From positions 1 through 64,000 of the IMG/VR virus record IMGVR_UViG_3300013126_000010: a DNA stretch of 64,000 bases, one strand, 5' to 3'. Source of the DNA: a virus. Of this stretch, positions 17,901-26,169 are shown in pieces. Position 1 is the first letter of the stretch. Every line of letters begins with the position of its first letter. The position numbers and the translations under genes were made by a program. A model generated the notes under the pieces. The model was not told the origin of the DNA and searched no databases. It saw nothing but the letters and a program-made list of their open reading frames with translations.

Positions 17901-19640
17901 TTATCCTTGTGTATCCTGGTCTGCACCCATTGCTGGTGTTCCTCCAGCGGAAGAGTCTCCTGGTGTTCCTGCACCTCCTGCTTGATCTGGTGGTAATGGA
18001 ATATCACCTAATCCTGTCATATCTGCTTGCATACTTGATTGGCTTATACCAACATTTCTCATTTCACCTGAGCTGTCGGTGGTGATAGTAGAACTTTCTC
18101 CATTCTCTTCTGCCCATAAACGCTCGTTCTCTGCAATTTCTTCTTCAGTCCATCCAAGATATCGTTTCATTGCAAATCGTTTACTAATCATTTGATGTGT
18201 GATAATTGCACCAAAATGTGCAGTTCTTTTGTCATCTAATTCTGATTGTCTATATGAAGCAAAATTCTGGGGTTCATTAAATTCTAAATCAAATATAGAA
18301 CTATCTATATTAACCCCTTGTTTGAATAGATATAATTTAAATTCTTGATCAAATACTGATTTCATTAGATTTTGTAACCTAATACAATATTTGTTAAATC
18401 TTAATTCTTGAATATACGCAGTACCAACTCTACCATCAGTATATTGTTGTTGACTATCATCTGCACCAGTAGGTAAATATGATGATGGTATTCGCAATGC
18501 TCTAAATAATTTATTAGTGAAATATGTTAAATCGGTAATTTCACCTATATTGTTACCACCAGGAAGAGTATCAACCTTTGATCCTCTACTATCTGATGAT
18601 ACTGGTAAGAAAAAATCTTCTAATTGTGATAATGGATTAAATGCCGAATCAATAACATTATTTCCACCACCAGTAGGAGATGGTATTCGACGTTGCTGTA
18701 TTTCATTCTTGACACGCTCAACGAATGTCATTGCAAGATGCGATGGCATATTACCAACATCAATATAAAATATTCGTCTTTCAGGCGCACGTTGAATACG
18801 ATATATTAATATAGCATCTTCTAATAATTCTTTTTGTTTGTATACTTTAAATACAGTTTCTAATAAACTGTTTCCAAATGGGTATTGATTATCAAGACCT
18901 TCTGATAAACTTAGATGAACAATATGTTGTGCATCAACTGCTAATTCATCATTACCATTTTGAAATCTAGATCCAGTTGATGATGGGTTTGCTGGATACG
19001 CACCAACCATACCTCGTGCGGCGGCACCACCTGCAACATAACTGGTTCCTCTGTTATTAGTAATAGTAGTATTTGGACTAATTGCAGTAGTGACTAGGTG
19101 AACAAAGTTTGGACTTAGATCCTTAATGACATATTGTTCTGGTACTTTACCTTCACTTTCATTGACGATTATTTTAACTAATTTACCCGGATCAACATGA
19201 TGCCATTTATATGTTTCTGGATCTCTGATGAAAAATGCATCACCATTTTTAAATGTGTTTCTAACAATACGAAACATTCTAGTTTCGAATTTCTGTAATT
19301 TACACCATTGTCTTAAATATTCACCAAGAATAGATGTTTCAGAATTTGTTGCTTTATTTTTAAACGAAATAGTGAATGGAGTTTTATTTGATTTACTAGT
19401 TTCAGTACAAAATTCTGCCAAAATATCTAGTGCTGCAGCAATTTCAGAATCCATATCCATGGTTGAATATTGTAGATATCGTTCTACTCTATTTGGGGCA
19501 CCTGTATATACTTCTGGTAAGAATGAGCTATAATTTGTTCGTGCGGGTCCTGGTTTGGATGCATTACTGCTTCCTATCGGACTAAAATTACCAGGAGTAT
19601 TATCAATTGATACTGGCGAAAAATATTTTTTCCATGTCAT
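17901..19640 (-). CDS. gp20: Portal protein (T4 gp20-like)
   Basis: LLEDAILIYRIQRAPERRIFYIDVGNMP...LEDFFLP...GSKVDTLPGG...KLFRALRIPSS. Confidence 0.97.
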   Translation of the reverse strand: MTWKKYFSPVSIDNTPGNFSPIGSSNASKPGPARTNYSSFLPEVYTGAPNRVERYLQYSTMDMDSEIAAALDILAEFCTETSKSNKTPFTISFKNKATNSETSILGEYLRQWCKLQKFETRMFRIVRNTFKNGDAFFIRDPETYKWHHVDPGKLVKIIVNESEGKVPEQYVIKDLSPNFVHLVTTAISPNTTITNNRGTSYVAGGAAARGMVGAYPANPSSTGSRFQNGNDELAVDAQHIVHLSLSEGLDNQYPFGNSLLETVFKVYKQKELLEDAILIYRIQRAPERRIFYIDVGNMPSHLAMTFVERVKNEIQQRRIPSPTGGGNNVIDSAFNPLSQLEDFFLPVSSDSRGSKVDTLPGGNNIGEITDLTYFTNKLFRALRIPSSYLPTGADDSQQQYTDGRVGTAYIQELRFNKYCIRLQNLMKSVFDQEFKLYLFKQGVNIDSSIFDLEFNEPQNFASYRQSELDDKRTAHFGAIITHQMISKRFAMKRYLGWTEEEIAENERLWAEENGESSTITTDSSGEMRNVGISQSSMQADMTGLGDIPLPPDQAGGAGTPGDSSAGGTPAMGADQDTQG

Positions 19641-19679
19641 ATACTAAGTTCTCTATAAATTTATATATTACTATTTATG

Positions 19680-22058
19680 TTATTGTGGATACAAGTTTGG
19701 TCCAATATTCTTGGTAGCTTTAACTTGTTTACTACCAAGTGCTTCATGTTGATGCACAAATTGAGAAAATTGTCCATTTAATGTTTTTAATTGTTCCAAC
19801 ACTTGTGTCATTAATGCATTCTGTGCATTTAATGTTTTATTATTTTCCTCAACCGCAGCAGTTGTTTTTTTATCCTCTGGTGGTGCTTGTTTAGTCGTAT
19901 CTGGTTTTGCCGTGGTTGGTTGTGGTTGATGATTTTGTAATCCGGGCGCAACAGTAGACAAATTTAGAGAATTTAAATCTAGTTTAGGAGTATTTGGAGT
20001 ATTAATGTTCGGTGATGTTGGTGTAATATTGACGTTATCAACCTGTTGTTGAATTGATGATGTTATATTAGATAATGTTGACAATGATGTCGCATTAGCA
20101 GTGATGGTAGCATCCATACTAGTAAAAATTTTACTTAATGATTGTATTGATTTGTCTATATCACCTGTATTATTATTTGGATTAGAAATTATAGTTGTAA
20201 CAATAGAACCTAATTGTTTGTTAATATTATCTGAATTTTTTTCATATTCTGTTAGTACTGGTCTTAAATCTCTTTCTGAGTTCGCGGCAAATTGCTTGAA
20301 CATATCAAATGATGATTGAATACCACGTTGAATACCAAGCTGCATCGAACCATTAGCTAAATTATTAGTTTGTTCAGTGGTTACCATTCCTTCGTGCCCG
20401 TCACCATGACCCATGATTAATGTTCCAGAACCAAAATTTTCGGTAATATTTCCAGTTGCACCAAGTGATCCAGAATGTCTAGGCTTTGCCACTTTATCAA
20501 CTACATCCGTTACTACCTGAGAGAAAACATCAGTATTATTGTTAGCAGCATTAGCTGGGAGATTTTGTAAATATGCTGCGGATTTGGTAAGCATTGATGC
20601 AAAATCATTTACAGCTTCTGTAACTTTTTGTTTAAATGAATCCCCAGCTCCATCTGTAATTGTTGTCAATCCCTGTTTAATTGCATCAACACTAAAAGTA
20701 TCTCCAAATGATTCTTTTAAAACTCCTGCAACTTTATCACCAAATTCTGCAACTGATTGTTCTGAATTTTCTGGTGTCAATGACGATGCTATACTAGCCA
20801 TTTTATTAGAAAGATCTACCACTGATGTATTAAAAATTTTTACATTATCCGCAATATCAAATGTCCCTGCTTTAACTCCTTCTAATGCAGTTGATATATC
20901 AACCGCAGCGGTATAAAATTGATTAACACGGTTACCATTCTCATCCAGTCCTTTCTGTGATGCTTCCACTTGTTTTTCTAATATAGATAATGCCTGTGTC
21001 ATATCACGTGCATACCTTTCATTTGGGGCAATGGTTGCATTTGCACCTTTTAATACGCTATCGGTTTTTTGGCTTATACTGGAGATTACCCCACCAAATT
21101 CATGAAGGTCTTCGCTAACAGTATTCATCATTAATACTTGATTAGAGTTGGCAACCTCCAATGCTTTGGGTACTCCTTGTTTCATTAATTCATTACCAGT
21201 ATCAGTGAGTCCTTTATTAAACGCAATTGCAGCTTGTCCAATTAGGTTACCTGGACCTTGCAGCTGTAGTTCCATAGCTGCTTGCGCGGATGATACATAT
21301 CCTTTGGTAACTAGTTCCATGTAGGAAGATCCTTGACCTACCGATTCAGCATATGCTAGTTGTGCTTTTACGGATTCTTCATACGCAGCAAACTCCTTTT
21401 CATTCATAGTTCTGCGCATTAATTCCATTTTAGAATTAAATGATGACAGCCGTTGTTTGTCAGCTAATTGATTTAATAAATCTTCCCGCTGTCTCCCAGT
21501 TAATTTAGCTAATTTGTCTAAATTTGTTCCTAGATATTCGGCAGATTTTATAACCGATGCTCGTTGGGTAGCGTCATTCATATCTACAACACGTCGAGTA
21601 CTCACTGTTAATGCTAACAAATCATTCATTTCCTTTGTCGTATAATTAAGATATCTAAGTGATTTTGCTTCTTGTTGAAAGGTATCTGATAATTTTACAA
21701 ATTGTTCAGTGCCACGAGTGACTGAACCACCTAACCCTGTTAGGTTTTTACCTTGATCTTGCATAAAATCAGAGAACTCACGAAAATCCATCCTGGTTTT
21801 AGCCACTGCACTTGATATTCCAAATAGATTATTATCAAATGTTGCACCTGACCTTGCAAGTCGATGAAAATTTTGTTCTACTTCTGTTGAACCTCTAGCA
21901 ACTGCTACTAGTGCATTTATGACAGAAGATTTTGTGCTACTAAAATTCCCACCAAATAATGAGGTATTATTATTACCTGTTCTAAGTAACTCTTCGATTC
22001 GTTCAAAATTTCGGTGATAGTCGTCACCGCCAGTTAATGATGCCATAAATATATCCAC
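19680..22058 (-). CDS. Tape-measure-like protein
   Basis: 792 aa, helical A/S/Q-rich, next to the gp26-like chaperone gene; ATG 22046 (GTGGA upstream) may be the true start. Confidence 0.55.
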   Translation of the reverse strand: MDIFMASLTGGDDYHRNFERIEELLRTGNNNTSLFGGNFSSTKSSVINALVAVARGSTEVEQNFHRLARSGATFDNNLFGISSAVAKTRMDFREFSDFMQDQGKNLTGLGGSVTRGTEQFVKLSDTFQQEAKSLRYLNYTTKEMNDLLALTVSTRRVVDMNDATQRASVIKSAEYLGTNLDKLAKLTGRQREDLLNQLADKQRLSSFNSKMELMRRTMNEKEFAAYEESVKAQLAYAESVGQGSSYMELVTKGYVSSAQAAMELQLQGPGNLIGQAAIAFNKGLTDTGNELMKQGVPKALEVANSNQVLMMNTVSEDLHEFGGVISSISQKTDSVLKGANATIAPNERYARDMTQALSILEKQVEASQKGLDENGNRVNQFYTAAVDISTALEGVKAGTFDIADNVKIFNTSVVDLSNKMASIASSLTPENSEQSVAEFGDKVAGVLKESFGDTFSVDAIKQGLTTITDGAGDSFKQKVTEAVNDFASMLTKSAAYLQNLPANAANNNTDVFSQVVTDVVDKVAKPRHSGSLGATGNITENFGSGTLIMGHGDGHEGMVTTEQTNNLANGSMQLGIQRGIQSSFDMFKQFAANSERDLRPVLTEYEKNSDNINKQLGSIVTTIISNPNNNTGDIDKSIQSLSKIFTSMDATITANATSLSTLSNITSSIQQQVDNVNITPTSPNINTPNTPKLDLNSLNLSTVAPGLQNHQPQPTTAKPDTTKQAPPEDKKTTAAVEENNKTLNAQNALMTQVLEQLKTLNGQFSQFVHQHEALGSKQVKATKNIGPNLYPQ

Positions 22059-22069
22059 AAATTATCATA

Positions 22070-22087
22070 TATTTATGAATATAAATA
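22070..22087. promoter_or_regulatory. Back-to-back late promoters (ATAAATA 22070-22076 minus; TATAAATA 22080-22087 plus)
   Basis: Both motifs lie in the 59-bp divergent gap between tape-measure-like and gp26-like genes. Confidence 0.7.
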
Positions 22088-22117
22088 CATATTATTAATC
22101 AACAATACTTTAAAATT

Positions 22118-22933
22118 ATGAATCCATTACAAAAACATTATAGACAGCCAAAAATTTATATAGAATTACCAAGCAAGGGAACATTTTATTCTGAAAATTC
22201 ATTAATAGGTGACGCACTTAATGTGCCTATCTATGCAATGACTGGAATGGATGAATTATTGATGAGAACACCCGATGCGTTATTTAATGGTCATGCCAGC
22301 ATGTCTGTAATACAGAGCTGTTGTCCATATATTATCTCTGCCAAAGATATGCCAATAATAGACGTTGATGTGGTATTAGCAGCAATAAGATTAGCTACTT
22401 TTGGACCTGCATTACCGTTTAGTTATAGATGTAAATCATGCGGTGCTGAAAATGAATATGAATTAAATGCACAATTAATTATAGACCATTTCCATAATAA
22501 ACAATTTAATAGCAAATTAGAAATTGATGGGTTAACTATATATTTTAAACCATTATCATATGAGCAAATAACCAAGTTTAACGTAGAAAATTTCACGTTG
22601 CAACAAATGCTAAAACAAGTTACTGCAACGGTGGACATGGCGCAAAAACAAGAGCATTTAAATAAATTATACGAATCAATGGCAATCATCCAAGCAGAAA
22701 TATTTCTATTAAGTATAGAGTCAATTCATACTGAAGATTCAATAGTATCAGATTTACATTATATCAAAGATTGGATTGCAAACTGTGATAGGAGTTATTA
22801 CATTGCCATTAAGGATAGACTTGATAACAATAGAATAGAATGGTCCGTTCCTAAAACAGATGTTACATGCACATCGTGTAACACGGTTGAATCAGTTGAA
22901 ATTATTTTGGATCAATCTCATTTTTTCGAGTAA
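22118..22933 (+). CDS. gp26: Baseplate hub / tail assembly chaperone (T4 gp26-like)
   Basis: RQPKIYIELPSKG...IPIYAM-like VPIYAMTGMDE...DVVLAAIRLATFG...CKSC; C-terminal CTSC, ends SHFFE*. Confidence 0.75.
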   Translation: MNPLQKHYRQPKIYIELPSKGTFYSENSLIGDALNVPIYAMTGMDELLMRTPDALFNGHASMSVIQSCCPYIISAKDMPIIDVDVVLAAIRLATFGPALPFSYRCKSCGAENEYELNAQLIIDHFHNKQFNSKLEIDGLTIYFKPLSYEQITKFNVENFTLQQMLKQVTATVDMAQKQEHLNKLYESMAIIQAEIFLLSIESIHTEDSIVSDLHYIKDWIANCDRSYYIAIKDRLDNNRIEWSVPKTDVTCTSCNTVESVEIILDQSHFFE

Positions 22934-23160
22934 ATCTACTTTCGTTATCTCCTGATCAAATAGAATCTATGATTAACGAGATGGAGGTAGATACAAAAAC
23001 ACTGAAAGATTCATTTTTGAGGTTAAGTTGGGGGATGAGAGGTGGTGTCACCTATAATGAGTTATTACATTGTTATTCACATGAAGAACGTGTGATAATA
23101 AACAAAATAATAGGTGACAATATTGAATTAACTAAAAAAAACGGGATTTCGATATTATAG
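22927..23160 (+). CDS. gp51-like small ORF; probably translated as the -1 frameshift extension of gp26 (347-aa fusion)
   Basis: Frame open from 22900; no SD before ATG 22969; slippery T TTT TTC at 22921-22927. Confidence 0.65.
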   Translation, partial: RVNLLSLSPDQIESMINEMEVDTKTLKDSFLRLSWGMRGGVTYNELLHCYSHEERVIINKIIGDNIELTKKNGISIL

Positions 23161-23164
23161 TAGA

Positions 23165-24349
23165 TTATAGTCCAGGTCTTCTTTGTAATCCAGCAAATGG
23201 ATCTGGACCATCAAAACGGGTTTTATATTGCTGAAGTTCCGCATTATTTAGTGTCAAATATCCGTCCTTGTCAGTAACTGGCATACCACTAACTCTCATA
23301 ATATTAGGATTATTTTTGTCAAATGTTATTTTATAAGTTTGGTCTTTATAAAGATCAACTATTTTTTGTTTTTCTGGTGGTAATGGGACAGCTGATGAGT
23401 TTGAGTCGTTATTAGCATTTGTTTTTGCTGGCTGTTCAGCTGATTGGGTAGGTGAACTATTAGTTCTAACAGCTCCTACACCAGTAGCTGCATTTTTGGT
23501 AATAGCATCTTTATTATTAGTGAAAAATGATTGAATCCATCCTCCAGCAGTTTCTGATATTTGGAATGTAAGTTGACCTGATGTACCTAAAAAGGTAGTC
23601 AATGAATCTTTCATGACATTATGAAAGAAATTCTGCCCAGCATCTGATTGTACGAATAAAATGAACAATGGTCCAGTTATACCACCTGATATCATTTTTG
23701 AAAACAGTGCAGCTATTGTAAATGGTGCTCCAGCAACTGAACCTAGTACTTTAGAACCAAGTTTTGCACCAGTAATTGCACCAAATATACCATATTGGCT
23801 TCCCAACGAACCACCAGCAACTGCTCCACCAATAGAACCAACAGCCTTTGGACCTTTTCCTAATAATGACCATATTACATCAGTTTTGGTTAACATTGGA
23901 CCAATTACTAACATACCTTCGCCTATTATTTCAGTTTTTGTTGATTCAAATTTTTGTTTAGCTTCTTCAGCTGACATATTTCCAAATATTTGAGTAGTAG
24001 TATCACCGTTTGAATATTTTTTATATTGTTCTTCTAATTCAGCATATTTTGAATATAACCCATACAAGAATGGAGCACCAACAATAGATTTTAATAATAA
24101 TCCATTTCCTTTTAATGATCCTATGACTGTTTTAGCAACAGCTTTAGCTGGTAATGATGCTATTATTTTAACAGTAGATAATACAGATTTAGATGCCACT
24201 TTTGGTGCGACAGCTGCAGCTTTAGCAGCGGTACCAGTGTTTCCAGCAACTTTACTACCACGGGTAATCAAAGATTTCCCAAAATTATAGATACCTTTCG
24301 CAACATCAGCTGGACCTTCATTTAATGGTTTAAATTCATCAAATCTCAT
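23165..24349 (-). CDS. Late protein with capsid-targeting-like N-terminus and Gly/Ala-rich hydrophobic segments (putative internal/ejection protein)
   Basis: MRFDEFKPLNE; late promoter GATAAATA at 24374-24381; hydrophobic GAVAGGSLG..FGAITGA..APFTIAALF..PLFILFV. Confidence 0.5.
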   Translation of the reverse strand: MRFDEFKPLNEGPADVAKGIYNFGKSLITRGSKVAGNTGTAAKAAAVAPKVASKSVLSTVKIIASLPAKAVAKTVIGSLKGNGLLLKSIVGAPFLYGLYSKYAELEEQYKKYSNGDTTTQIFGNMSAEEAKQKFESTKTEIIGEGMLVIGPMLTKTDVIWSLLGKGPKAVGSIGGAVAGGSLGSQYGIFGAITGAKLGSKVLGSVAGAPFTIAALFSKMISGGITGPLFILFVQSDAGQNFFHNVMKDSLTTFLGTSGQLTFQISETAGGWIQSFFTNNKDAITKNAATGVGAVRTNSSPTQSAEQPAKTNANNDSNSSAVPLPPEKQKIVDLYKDQTYKITFDKNNPNIMRVSGMPVTDKDGYLTLNNAELQQYKTRFDGPDPFAGLQRRPGL

Positions 24350-24389
24350 AATAACATTTCCTATTCATGATGATATTTATCCATTGCAA

Positions 24390-24640
24390 AATTTTAGGCA
24401 TAGTATGCCATTGATAGTTCGATTATAATTATGTTTATATCTGGAGGTCAATAAATTGACCTAATCTTCAATATTTCTCATCATTCGTTCGTTCCTCACT
24501 CATGTGAGAAATATTTTGATTGTAGGGTTTTTTTCTTTTTATTTATTTACATGTATTAGAGAACAATATATGAAATTATTTAAAAATTATTAATGTTTTA
24601 TATTGTTCTTATAATTATGGTTTAAAATACACATTACTAG
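24390..24640. other. AT-rich inverted-repeat cluster (candidate origin / DNA unwinding element)
   Basis: IRs at 24397-24409, 24445-24462, 24470-24515, 24560-24609; 24541-24630 is ~13% GC by hand count; no ORF. Confidence 0.45.
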
Positions 24641-24649
24641 ATTGTGGAG

Positions 24650-25049
24650 ATGGATTGACGCTTGAATGACCAAGCGTCAAAAAAACTTTACTGAGTTGCT
24701 ATCGAAGTTCTAGACGGTAGGAATTTTTAGTGATGTTTCTCGTGATTCGGCTCTTAGCTGTACCGGTACCTACCTAGATTTTTAAGACCCTGCGCGTCAT
24801 TGGGTCATATCAGTCAACAAAACATCTGATGAAATAAATCATCCATGGATATTTCTATCCAACAACCTATACGATTACCGGAATGCTACTCAATGGTGGG
24901 AATGAGACATTTTAAGGCATCCTGAACCAAGATTCAGGGTAGACGGTAAAAGCCCAGCATTAGCGACTGGAATTGAGTACCTTATCACATCAGTAAGGAT
25001 TCCTCGGTGGAATAATGATCGGCCCACTAACCTTATGCTAATTTAGTGT
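24650..25049 (-). ncRNA. Putative structured non-coding RNA (~400 nt), family not recognised
   Basis: No ORF >30 codons found on either strand; ~41% GC; many stems; own promoter at 25054-25087; GAAA tetraloop and G-U closures fit the minus strand. Confidence 0.6.
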
Positions 25050-25053
25050 ATAC

Positions 25054-25087
25054 TTATTATATGTGTCGGGGATATGAAAAAAACAAC
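25054..25087 (-). promoter_or_regulatory. Bipartite promoter GTTGTTTTTTT-N10-ACACATATAATAA driving the putative ncRNA
   Basis: Perfect TATAAT; the same 34-bp architecture recurs at 31125-31158. Confidence 0.65.
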
Positions 25088-25106
25088 AACAGTTGAAAAT
25101 ATTTTT

Positions 25107-25559
25107 TTATAATTGATTGTTATATTCGATTTCTTCAATGGTTGGTTCGTTTACGTTAAATTTAACAGCCCCAATTTGCCCATTATAGAATTTTTTAGTA
25201 CCATCTGCAAGTCGGATTCTCATCACATCTTCCATTACTTGTGCCTTGACTTCTGCATAATATAAACTAGCTTTTGTTTTATGTAATGAACATATTTCAA
25301 ATCTATAATTACCAATGCCTTTTAATGCTATTTGTTCATTAAGTGCCTTACAACTTCCAGTATATTTTTTCCAGTCAGATTCTTTGTAGGTGATTTTTTT
25401 ATTCTTTTTACCTTTTACCGCTACTCTTCTCATCATTTTGAACTGTTTCTTTCCTAGATATTCTTTTCCAGTATCTAATTCAATAATTCTATAAATGAAA
25501 CCGAACCATTCTTCAGGATCAAAATCTTTCTTGACTATCCAATGTCCAGTATCATTCAT
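25107..25559 (-). CDS. Stand-alone GIY-YIG catalytic-domain protein
   Basis: GFIYRI...EYLGKK..MMRR...SDWKKYTGS...YYAE...FYNGQI; no NUMOD/HTH DNA-binding tail. Confidence 0.75.
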   Translation of the reverse strand: MNDTGHWIVKKDFDPEEWFGFIYRIIELDTGKEYLGKKQFKMMRRVAVKGKKNKKITYKESDWKKYTGSCKALNEQIALKGIGNYRFEICSLHKTKASLYYAEVKAQVMEDVMRIRLADGTKKFYNGQIGAVKFNVNEPTIEEIEYNNQL

Positions 25560-26112
25560 TGTCTAATCCTGCTTGTTCTCTGAGGCGTTTGATTGCATCC
25601 TCCATCTCTGCCTCAAATTCTTCTTCGGATCGCGCCAGCGCATCTATACGAGCTACACGGTACACTTCTGGATTAAAGCGAGGATCACGACTGTTTTGGA
25701 ATTGTTTTACTTGAAGACGACGAATATTAATTTGTTTCAATAATCGCATTATCCAGTAATACATACGTTCAGATGATGCAAAACTTCTAGATGTGCACCA
25801 TGATTCCATTTCAATAAAATATCGATGGAGTGCCTGCATTAATAATTGATGATCATCAAGATGTTGAGCAAATGTTTCTTCATTAAAAATAGAAACTCTG
25901 CCATTTTTGAAATATTTTTCTTCATCACCTTTAGGTTTGACATACCCTTCTGGGTATTTACGTGGTCTACCAGATGGGCGTTTGAAATCTAATTTGATGT
26001 CAGTATCTTTTATTTCTTTTTTTGGTCTACCACGAGGACGTTTAGGCTTATCCACTACTGGACGGGTACGTGGTCTACCCATTTTCTTTTTAGGTGTATT
26101 TTCGTCAGACAT
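25552..26112 (-). CDS. AT-hook DNA-binding protein
   Basis: Three GRP cores (KMGRPRT, RPRGRPKK, PSGRPRK) followed by a helical domain. Confidence 0.7.
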   Translation of the reverse strand: MSDENTPKKKMGRPRTRPVVDKPKRPRGRPKKEIKDTDIKLDFKRPSGRPRKYPEGYVKPKGDEEKYFKNGRVSIFNEETFAQHLDDHQLLMQALHRYFIEMESWCTSRSFASSERMYYWIMRLLKQINIRRLQVKQFQNSRDPRFNPEVYRVARIDALARSEEEFEAEMEDAIKRLREQAGLDNE

Positions 26113-26160
26113 AAAAAACCCATGATTACGATAGATTTATTTATCATCATAATCATGGGT
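26113..26160 (-). terminator. Terminator-like hairpin with the late promoter in its loop
   Basis: 16-bp stem (two G-U on minus), loop ATAAATAAATC, followed by T6 and then the ATG. Confidence 0.7.
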
Positions 26161-26169
26161 GTAATTATA

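Noticed and set aside
24650-25049. Identification of the structured element as tmRNA, RNase P, or a group I or II intron
   Set aside because: Only fragments resemble them (GAGGAATCC, GAGCCG..GAAA, CTCCACA). The RNase P P4 partner, a paired group II domain V, the group I P/Q/R/S elements and a tRNA-like acceptor/T arm are absent, and no gene is interrupted
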